A DNA stretch of 61,496 nt, counting the filler. It is 5 parts of 5 records of this genome, joined end to end, with 100 filler letters (N's around TTAATTAATTAA, not from the genome) between each part and the next. Parts side by side here need not be neighbours in the genome. Positions count along the whole stretch, not along the records: positions 46,490 to 55,670 come from DRR378314_326; positions 55,771 to 61,496 come from DRR378314_335; 3 more parts are not named here. One strand, given 5' to 3'. A model generated the notes under the pieces. The model was given only the letters and a program-made list of their open reading frames with translations, was not told where the DNA came from and did not search any database. Position 1 is the stretch's first letter; each line of letters starts with the position of its first letter. Of this stretch, positions 46,584-61,496 are shown piece by piece. A program made the translations under genes and the position numbers.

Positions 46584-49029
46584 CGTCCTCGACAATCTCG
46601 ATTTCGTCATCGAGTTCAACATCTGCATTCGCAGAAGTAGAAGCTCCGCCTTCGCCACCACTTTCGCCGGTTGCAAGTAGTCCTAGCTGGAGTTCAAGCT
46701 CCTCCTGTGGGAACGAAGCAAGGAAATCGCTTCGAGTTTAATCACGCGCCAAACGTTGCATGACGTTGCTTCGCAATGGCCGGCGCGAAACCAGGGAAAG
46801 ACAATCGGACAGACGAATTCACTGCCGGCATTCGATTCTTTTCTTTCACCAGGAGCGAAAAAGTGCAGATGTGTGACACTTGATTTACTGCTTCGTCCAC
46901 CACAACGTGTACCGTACAGCCATCCGCGTACCTGCCAGCCTGAGCTATCCACAACATCCTCCTCACGTCCATCTGACGGTGCTGCACTTGATGGCCGAGG
47001 ATCATTTCCGTGCTGATCGGATGAGACGGTTAGTGTCTGTACGGTGCAGCAGGCAAAACCACAAGGCTTACAACCGTGAGAACCATGACGATATTCTCAC
47101 GTGTCCACAGTCTGCACAGCAGGAGAGTAGCGAACCGTCCCATATCTACGCGCTAGACTGCCAACGCACCGACTCGACTGGATCGTCTGATACAAAAAGC
47201 GCATCGTCGTCCTCGGCATCTTTCTCGCTTTCTTCCTCTTCGCAAAAGTCAGTCTTCCCTTTGGATGCATTCGTATTCTCTTCATTTCCAGCATTACTAG
47301 CACGAGAGTCTGGATTCTCAGCAGTAGGTGCCGATGGCTTGTGAGTTGCGTCATGAGTACGGTCGCTCACTTCTTCGGCTGTCGATGTAGCCTCCGCCCT
47401 GTCATCCCCGTGGGCAGCTGAGCTTGGCGACAAGCCCTACAGTATAAGCAATCCCAGGCGATCGTATACATATGCGTTCGCAGACAGAGCCTTAGTTGGT
47501 TTCTATAAGTGCGCTAATGCGTGTGAGATTTTCATAGCGGGCAAAACAAAAATTGGGGCGCGCCATGCAGAGGCGCCCGCATTTCCTCGCAGAGGCAGCA
47601 GCCGCGAGCGGATAGTCGATACTGGTACTCGCAAGAATATGCCATCCTACGCGGCGATATGAGCTCGTGTACATGTCAACGTACATTGTCTGATGAAGTA
47701 TATTTGCGACTGGACTCCGAATCGTGCACGGTCTTGTCACCGGCGCTCGCCTCGGTCTCCGCGTCAGGCTCCGGAATGAACGAGCGGCACGGTGGAAGCC
47801 CGTACAGAGCGCGGACTTGGTCGACGTGGTAGAAGTAGTTTCGCCAAAAAACTTCGTCCTTCAGGCGTCGAGGAACTACGGTAAATCGGGCCTTGTTCAA
47901 ATTCTCGTCAAGTGCAATGAACCTAAAGCAGAGCAAAAGGAAACCAATGAATAGGCCATGTTACTTTGTTGGGCATGCAGGGCTGCCGAAGAAACCGGAG
48001 GAGCAGTCTTTCGCGTCGCAGAGCGAGCACGCACGTCCACGCACGGCAGCAACCGCGCGCAGCTTCCCGGTCTTTGTGGAAATTCCCACTCAACAGCTAC
48101 AGCAGCACCCTCTTTACCCTTCCGCTTATTTTATATTTACCGATGCAGCTCATACCTTGTAGCAAGGGGTAAGTATACATCAAGCTCAAAGTTCTCGTAC
48201 TCGGACTCCTCCGGAGGGTCGTCAAAGAAAGTTGCGCGCTTTGTCGACAGAGTGAGGATTCTCTCGCGGAGCTCGCTCTGCAGCGGCAAAACGGAACAAT
48301 GGCGAGCACCCATACCAACGTGTTGTCAGCCCGAGCCACATAGAATGTCACACAGTAAAGATATATCGAAATCTCACGCTCGGTGCTGTCTATCGCACAT
48401 GCATGCGGCCCCGCGACAGCAAACGCGCGAACGGTGCGGGGCAGGAGGTCGATACGCCTGGCAAGAGACGCAGCACGCAGCGTAAGGCGTCGGCGAGCGC
48501 GGTCTCTGCCGCTGGTGCTTGTGCACTACCGTTCACCACACGTATCCCCAGTGTATCAAACAAGAAGAAAAAACACACGGGTACGTACTTCAAATTTCTT
48601 TCCTTCTGATCCACTGATGTGCCATGGGGGCGGAATACTTGGCGTGGGAGGAGAATTCGTTTGCGGTTCTTGTACCGGCGTGGCGTACTTCGCACGCTCC
48701 GTGAGGAACTGCTCCCGCGACTCGCGCGCCTTGTCAGCGAGACTCGTCGCAATCGATGAAAAGAACGAGCCGACCTTCACGGCAGCATCGCTGGCGCTCT
48801 TTCCTAGTGCAGGCACGTGTGCTTTGTTGTTTTCCGTCGGTCCATCAGCACTGGCGCCAGCAGCTCCGGGGTTCTTTTGCTCAGTAGACGCTGCCGGCTG
48901 AAAACTTGAGCGGAGGCCGGAAAAGAACGCGCCCACTCCCGCAGCAGCGTTCTCGCTGGGGGCGGCGTCTTGCGGAGCGGCGTTGTCGGCCTCGGCACTC
49001 TTCGAACGACCCCAGAGACCCTGGAACAT
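46584..49029 (-). CDS. BSD-domain protein (SYAP1/Sap47-like), multi-exon, 3' end probably off-contig
   Basis: PPWH...ELRERILTLS...TFFDDPP...FELD, then DENLNKARFTVVPRRLKDEVFWRNYFYHV (BSD signature) and acidic tail exons. Confidence 0.85.
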
Positions 49030-49737
49030 AATACTGCGACCTTTCTATTCGCAAATCGATCTCCAATCTGCGTACGCGATTACGAGAGCCCGAAGGCGCA
49101 CTGGAGCTCGCTGCCACAAGCAGCAGCTCAAGGGCACGCAGCGCTCCTCGAGCAGCTAGAAACGGCGCGGGCGTCCGCGTCGGCTGTGAAGCGTGCAAAA
49201 AGATCAGCCCAGATATCGGCGGTTTAGCACGCTTGGCAGTCCGACTATGCACGAATTTAACAATAAAACGTAAAGGCGAGAAAGCGGACTCACAGTCGGA
49301 AATAAGGCCGCCCGGGATTCACAAAGGCAGTGCGATGCCAGCAGCTTGTTCTTGGACCACCGCGCGCAGCAGTGACGTGTGCGGTGCGCTCAAGCTGCGC
49401 GTGGCTGAGCGAGGAGCGGCGCACATCATCCGAGAAGAATACCCGTAGACCCTTTGTGGTAAAACAACTCTGTATTCAATCCCGTCGCAGCGGGCAGCTG
49501 TGCGCGCTCCGCCCAACCTATTCAGCATATCGCTGCGCCGGCCAGACACGCAATCGAAAGGGAGAGACCAGCCCCCCCCAACGGAACTAAAGACAGGGGA
49601 TATATGAGGATTGCACAACAGTCACACCAGTAGCGAGCGAGGTGCGCGCGCACGGAGCAGCAATCCAATCGACGTCGTACCCGCAGCGCCCAGCAGCGCA
49701 GCGTTGCCCGGGGCTTCTGCAGCGCGCTAGCGTCGGC

Positions 49738-52700
49738 TCAGTTGTAAATGTGCTCCACGGTTGCTTTCATAAACTGCGCAAAGGTTTGGCCCTCTCTCCA
49801 CTCGCCTATCTCAACATCTTTGGCCGATCGTCCAGCTGGTACGTCTGCGCGGTGCGGCAAAGCCACGGTGGAAACGGCGGGGCGAGTCAAGCCATCGGAA
49901 AGTACAGCAGGGCAGTAGGCGCCGCCGGCACCGCCGAAGCAACGGCGGTATGCAACGAGCGGTACACGCAACGGCCGCCGCTTTGTATCGCTCGGTAGAC
50001 GGGATCATCTGAGATGGCATAACGTACCCATGGCATCGGTCACGTTCGGTTGCATGAAGCACGCAAACGTGCACCGTCCAATGCCTGCCGCCTCTGGGCC
50101 CTGCGCAGCTTGCACGCAGTGCGGTGTGGCGCGAAGAAGGCCCCCCGAGTGGATCTGGGCAGACTCTCCGATTTGGAACGCAGCCATATCTCTGCAAGTG
50201 CACACAGAATAGAACGGAAAAGCGGCCCAGCAACCTGCCTGAGCTACATGGGCTCGGATACGCAGCTGCGTTGATAGCGCCTACGTGGCGATCTCGCAGG
50301 TCGGGCGTATCACCTACCCCCAGGTATCGCAAGCAAATGGAGTAACTGCGCACCCTTCGACGCAGCGCTACAGAACATATTGCAGTGCGGTTCCAAGTAG
50401 TACGCCGCAGAATTTAAGCACTGGATAGAGCTATGGAGCATAGGCAGCCGGCGTTTGTAATCACATACCCTGGAATCGATGCGCGCACGACCTCTCCTTT
50501 GCGATTACGAATGTACAGGCCAGACTTGGCATCAGGATTCGCGACTGTCTCTCCATCTGCGTTTACATACATAGCACTTTGAGAACAACACGAGCCAGAG
50601 CCAGGGATGAATTCTTTAGCAAATGTTAATAATTACTAGCTTGACTCGGGATGCACCCAGAGCATCGCACGCGCTAACGCACGGAATCTGTCTTTCAACC
50701 GAGAAAACAGTTCAATCGGCAGTGGACTGTGTACACTGCGCTGAAATACGATGTCCTCACGTGCGTGGGCGTCAGAAGTGTGACTCCAACTCCTCTATCA
50801 AACCACGATCTGCAACCGTTGCACCACGTATCTACCGAACTGCACCAATGTCGCCAGTACTACTTGTATGCAGGCGCACATGAGCTCGTTCATGACCCAC
50901 GGCGTACCTACACAATCCAGTAATCGAGCCGTGATCTGTGTGCCATCCACACCACGAGTCCATTTGAGACATGTCGATCTCCTTTGCTGTCTCCGGCGGA
51001 AAGTAGTACAACAACCTCGCTTTGGACGCTCGTGAGGATTTAATGATCGCTTCGAGCTTGTTACTTTCATATGATTCGAGCTGGCGCGCCACCCACTTGT
51101 CGCACTGCTTCGCAACAAGCGCGCCGACGTCGCAAAGACTGCGCACCGGGAGAAATGCATCGAGGTACAAAAAACCTTGTTAATAACAGAGGAAAGTTGT
51201 GAAGTGCAACAAGGTTCGAAAGCACACGGACACGCAGATATGTTTCTGATCCGCCCACCGTTTGCATGAATGTGGAGCGCGTGGCAAATACGAGTACAGG
51301 GAGCGGCAGAAGCTGGCGAAAAGCGCCGGGGAACACACACCCATTCAATGGCAGAGCTAATTGGGGAGCCCTCCGCCCCACCACCACCCTCAACATCGTA
51401 AAGATAAGCAAAACCTACGATCGTACGGCACACCATGCCCAACATCCTTATGCTCGTAAAGAGCATTATCGAATTCACAAGTGCACCGTGCTGGGTATTC
51501 AGCGACAGCACAGACCAGAGGGAAGACGATGCTACGGCGGTGCCGAATCACATGGAGAGTGCGAGCAGCACCGACAACAACAACTACTACTACTGCTTCT
51601 ACTGCTACTACGAATAAACTTATCACCCCCGCGCAGTCGACAGCCAAAAAAAAAAGTACGAAAACTGGCGTCGAGCACAGAAGAAACGCACATTTTCCCC
51701 ACTCTCTTGAAACTCGACTCAAGCTCGGGCATATCTTCCTTTGGCCATACATTCGGCCGACAGCTTGCAGGGTACTCTGCGATGAGTTTCTCGTCTTCGG
51801 TAGCAACGTCGAAGAGAGGATTGTTGTAATACGACCCTTTGGCGAAGTCTTCGCCAAGTACAAGATCAGTGCAGGAGCAGCGCACACATACGCCAAAGCC
51901 ATACAGGGGACGCTGTTAGCCAGGGGTACCTCGGACATTTCATGAGTCAAAACGTAAGTCTCTCGAGTTTGAGACAGAAAACATGCTTAGCGAAGCATCT
52001 TATCGCCAAGCTTTGGGCGCAGGTCTCTACGAGGTAAACTCGCAGCGCAGTCTCACGCGTTCGAGCGCCAAACGCAGCCTGCTATACGTACCGCTGCCAT
52101 GCGCGACACTGCAATGCCTTACCTGGAACTTTACCATCCAACATTTCCTTTCCGTGACTCCAGCCAAAGTTGTAAACGCTTGCCTTGTCCTCATCTGCGG
52201 GATGGACGCGACAAAAAAAAAAAAAAGTAACAAAAAGCACAAGCAGCAAGGACGCGACGCACGCAGCGCGTGGTTTCCTTCAGCCCGCGAGCATCGCATC
52301 ACAACAACGGGGTGCGCCTCAGTGTGTGCGCTCTACAATATTGCTTATCAAGCTCAAGTTTTCTGAGCAACACGCACTCGTCGTGAGGCTACTAGTACGT
52401 CGCGGGCACGATGGATGCGTGCAGAGGCCGGTGAACAGGGCGATCAAGAGCACAACGGCGCACTTCAGCCAGAGTTTTACTGAATTTCGAGTGCCGAACG
52501 AGTAGTACCCAATCGCGTACATTTTTGCTTGATGTCGTTCGGAAGCTGGGCGAATCTCTGGGCGAGCGGCAGCAACTGCTTCCGTGCATCAGCAAAATCG
52601 GGAACTCCTGGTTCGGGAAAGCGCCAAGAAGTGAGGGCATCAGCGCACGGACAAGGCAGTGCAGCGTTGTGAGCAGTAGCGGCACGCTGTGCGCATAGGG

Positions 52701-53274
52701 CAGCACGAGCACGCCGCTCGGCGGCTCGCATGGACACGTTCGACTGCACGCCAGCATCCTTGCTACCTGCGCAGTGTCTGTACCGCTTGGTGCTTAAGCA
52801 AAGCAGTGCGGTCCCGAAAGCGTCACGACGTCAACGGTGATCTCGGGCACACTGAACATGCGTCTTGGCGGCATTGTAGGCGTACCTCGAACAAGAAGAA
52901 TCCCGAGACCGTCTTTGCTGTACGCTGCCTCGATGGACTCGGCCAGATCTTTTCCTTGCACGAGGTCCTCGTACTCCAAAACGACAACGCCGTTCACATA
53001 TTCAACCTACATTGGATGTGACGAAAAGGAACGAATCATACAGTTGGTTATTTCGCACGTGTGCGGGTGATGGGGCGAACGCGTGCGGCATGTAGGGAGC
53101 GTTCTGGCGTAGCGCCAGAGCGACGTTGAGACATAGTGCACCGCTTCGAGCGAGCGCATTTGTACCACCGGACACGCTGCGCGCAACACAACTACGCCAT
53201 TCGCTTCTTCTCGTCCCTTGCACATCGATAAAAGTATCTACACGCGACATAATGCTCTTTCAGCAACGTACCAT
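49738..53274 (-). CDS. 2-oxoglutarate/Fe(II)-dependent oxygenase (IPNS-like fold), about 9 exons
   Basis: DGLGILLVRG|VP, FGWSHGKE, KGSYYNNP, NVWP, KARLLYYFP, WCGWHTDHGSITG (HxD), FQIGESAQIHSGGLLRATPHCV (distal His), RCTFACFMQP. Confidence 0.9.
51574..51611. repeat. (ACA)n/(ACT)n trinucleotide tract in an intron
   Basis: ACAACAACAACTACTACTACTGCTTCTACTGCTACTAC visible. Confidence 0.7.
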
Positions 53275-53891
53275 GGTATTGGTAGGAGCCACAGTGTAGC
53301 ACAGGAAGGGCACGGAGGCTTGTGCGCGTGCTGCAGGGAAAGCGAAGAAAGCGAGCTGTTCACCCGGTTCCTCGCGGCACGCGGCGCCGTGCTTCGTGAA
53401 CCATCGGTGCAAAGGTGGTGCATATCGTAATATTGGGGAAATCGTGAAAACTTGCAGGCAAACGCAGGCTGTACGCTCCCGCGCCGCCTCCTCTGTCTTC
53501 CCGTCCAGTACGAAGTCGCCCATGATGTATTTATTTATTTGTTGTTGAATAAGGATGAAGCCACGTGAATCGCGAAAATGCCGAGTTGCTCAGACTATCA
53601 TTCCATTCGCTACGCTGGTAAGTCTGCGCGTTGCTTCGCAACCGGGCCTAGCGTTCTTCTCCTCCCGCAGTCGTCAAGCGACCGGCGAGCATGCCAAACT
53701 TGTCCCTCCCGCTCGATGAGTATTCGGCACAAACCCTACTCCTCCCAACCTATTCGAAACAAGGCCTCGGCCGCTGAGCGTGTGAGCGCTCCTGTCGGCT
53801 GGCGCACACTACCGGGAAATCTCCTGTATTTTGACTTCGCGTTGTGGTATCGTGCGAAAGACATCGCCCTTTTTCTAACTTGTAAGCCAAA

Positions 53892-55609
53892 ATGGTCGTC
53901 GATAACAAGGGTGCGTTTTGGAACGGACATGTCGCAAGGAGTTTGCTTGAGTACGTGCACGCGGAGAGCCGAAGCGTTTCCTACTGCACAAGCTCGGCCC
54001 CCCCCGCACGGTGCACTCCGGCGCTTGACGTAGCGCTTGCTTTGGGCCTTTTGCGACTCTTTTCTTCTTCGCTTTCTTTCTCTGACTTCCTCCGAATGCA
54101 GTCTGTGTTATGTTAAATATATCAATGATGTCTAGAAATACGTCGTCACTCCGTGGAGGGTTCCTGGGGCGCTTCGGGAAATACCCCAACCGCGCGAGCT
54201 TGTGCTGGTTCTGTCGCGCTGCAAGCTCTGTGTGTGCTTGCCTGCCCGGAGCTAGTGGCCACTCTGAGTTCCCCGAGTTTGGAGTGCACGGGTTCTCAGC
54301 TGCCCGGTCATTCGCGTTTTGCGCCGGCTCTCCTTTCTTTCTCATCACAGTTACCACGGAGCGCTTGGACAGCACGCAGTACACGATGGACGGGCTCAAG
54401 GCGTATGAACTCATCTTTGGGGAAGGCTTCTTGAGTTCGGGTGGCGTGCACACAACGCGCGAGTACGTTCGTGTGGCTGAGTGCAAACGCGACACTGCGG
54501 CAGGTGCCGCTCGCGGGCGAACCGAACGTCGTATCATCTGCAGCTTTTGGCTGTTGCTCTCCGCGTCATAACGTGATTTTCGGCAGTTTGTGTATGTAAA
54601 AGAAGCTTCAGGGTGTATATGATGCATCAAACGTAGGATTGCCGCGATAGAATAGGAAGTGGGCTTGCTTGCTGCAGAGTGAGGATCGCTGCATGAAGTG
54701 CCGCCCTGTGCCGGCCCCGCCGGAACTCGGAGCAGGAAGACTCCGAACTGATCACTGCTCCAGCACGTGGGAGCAAGGACCTGACCCTCGGGCCCTGTTG
54801 CCCGTTGCGCTGTTGCTCACATATGAGCACTGCAAGCTGCAATAGTGAGATTCTTTGAAATGTGTGTTATGTTAATCCTTGATTCGTGTTGTTTTTCTTG
54901 TTGAAGTGGAAGGGTGTGCTTCACGTCCGGCGAACGGCCCTTGTATGAAGCACCTCTACAGTCCGTGTGTTTCCGTTGTGTGCGTTGATCGGCGGCGGGG
55001 GGGGAGGTCCCGCGACATGACGGCAGCGCGCTCTTGTCGGAGTGCGTTCTGTTGCGTCGCAGACTTTCTGGTGTCTTTTTCTGCACTTTGGCTCGGAACC
55101 TCTGCTTCGTTACTAGGATGCATGCGAACTTCATGTGGTTTGTATATATCCTATTGAGATGTAGTTTGCGGCGTTGCTTTGCGATTGTGTAATCGGGAAA
55201 TCAGCTTCGTGTGGCAGAACCCGGTTTGCGGTGTGCGACGCTGCGGATGCAGAAGACTCCTGGTGGCGTCCTGTCGTGCCTGAATTAACGCTTTGCGATC
55301 CTGTGCTCGGACACTGGGACAGCCCTGTGCGGTTGCGAATCTGTGCCAAGCAATCCGGATGATGTTCATTTTCAGCCCACACTGTGAAGTGAATACGATG
55401 AGAGTTTTGATCAGAGAGTGGCTCCTCTGCCCAAGAGCTTCAAGAACGCCGCGCGCCGACTGCGTCCTTTCTCACGAACGCGTCATGATGGTTTCCGCTA
55501 TTCATTGTCCAGATTTCTCAAAATCCTGGACCTGAAAGAAGGCGAGCGTGTGCTCGATGTTGGTTCTGGGCTTGGTGGAAGTGCGTTTATGATGGCAGGG
55601 GAATACAAG
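53892..55609 (+). CDS. Phosphoethanolamine N-methyltransferase, 5' part (exons 53892-53910, 54351-54462, 55513-55609; truncated)
   Basis: MVVDNKV|TTERLDSTQYTMDGLKAYELIFGEGFLSSGGVHTTRE|FLKILDLKEGERVLDVGSGLGGSAFMMA: PMT signature QY...YE.IFG...S.GG plus SAM motif I. First exon is tentative. Confidence 0.85.
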
Positions 55610-55630
55610 GTCCGTTTCAGTTGTAATTGC

Positions 55631-55670
55631 TTGTTTGTTTGTTTGTTTTGTTTTGTTTTTTTTGTTTTTT
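55631..55670. repeat. (TTTG)n / T-rich simple repeat at contig end
   Basis: Directly visible. Confidence 0.9.
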
Positions 55671-55770
55671 NNNNNNNNNNNNNNNNNNNNNNNNNNNNNN
55701 NNNNNNNNNNNNNNTTAATTAATTAANNNNNNNNNNNNNNNNNNNNNNNNNNNNNNNNNNNNNNNNNNNN
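55671..55770. other. Artificial contig linker
   Basis: N44-TTAATTAATTAA-N44. Confidence 0.99.
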
Positions 55771-55892
55771 GAGAGAGAGAGCGGATAACGCGCGCGCAGT
55801 GGGCGAAAACAGGGCGAGAGCAAGCGCAATACGCGCGAGTGAGCGCGCAAGTGCGGCGCCGAGCCAGAGCGACGGAGAGAGCGAACGCGTAC

Positions 55893-60976
<5,084 letters not shown>

Positions 60977-61496
60977 CAACCGTGCAACCAGCCGCGTACA
61001 TGATGACGCGCATATATCGAAGAACCCGTACGGTTTTCGCACGTATGTTTCACAAAATGAATGCACCAGTGGACCATATGCTACTGTGTTGGCGCGCTGA
61101 CAGGTGTACGCCGACCCAGAGATCGTGGAACGTGAGATCGCCGCGCTTCAGCGCGCTGCAGCGCAATCTTGCGACACAGCTCGCGCCGGTACACAATTCC
61201 AACCTACCACAGTGCGTAAGGCGAGGGCTAGCATCACGGTCGTTCGCATTCGCAGAAAATCGACGCGGGTCGCGAGGGTGTACGCTTGCGGTGGCCGCAC
61301 AAGCGGTGACCACTCTGTGGACTCGGACCTCGCGCCGCGCAGGTTTGTTGCGAGCGAGAAGAGACCACGAGAACAAGTTCACGTTATTTCCAGAACGCAC
61401 ATCGCACAGGAACGTGTATTGATTAGCTCGTCTTTGAAAACACTGAGGCGTGCCGCCATGATTTTATAGGCGAGCGCGCGACCGGACTGGCCAGAT

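Overview
This window is not one locus. It is five contigs joined by artificial 100-nt linkers (N44-TTAATTAATTAA-N44) at 15551-15650, 31649-31748, 46390-46489 and 55671-55770. Four contigs come from an intron-rich eukaryote (probably a protist) with a standard genetic code and mostly GTACG/GTGCG...YAG introns. Contig 1 carries two tandem giant Cys-rich multi-TM surface proteins. Contig 3 carries HAT1 (partial), prefoldin-2, adrenodoxin reductase, exocyst Sec10, UBL5/Hub1 and an enoyl-CoA isomerase (partial). Contig 4 carries a BSD/SYAP1-like gene, a 2OG-Fe(II) oxygenase and a phosphoethanolamine methyltransferase (partial). Contig 5 carries metaxin (partial) and an organellar glutamyl-tRNA synthetase. 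Contig 2 (15651-31648) is a GC-rich, intronless gammaproteobacterial fragment, Alcanivorax-like by inference. It holds htpX, a SAM methyltransferase, an OatA-like acyltransferase, alaA, a Tag-like glycosylase, a cytochrome c/FTR1 permease, djlA, an LLM oxidoreductase, a DUF1835 protein, tRNA-Thr(CGT), an AbfD-like enzyme, msrB, msrA and a lipoprotein. The most notable signals are a U12-type (minor spliceosome) intron in UBL5, the modular receptor-like gene pair, an AbfD-like Fe-S enzyme with its own promoter/operator in an apparent aerobe, a Plasmodium-like single-domain PMT, and a Sec10 N-terminal extension with two HxRxxS motifs. All gene models were spliced by hand and family calls rest on remembered motifs; no searches were run.
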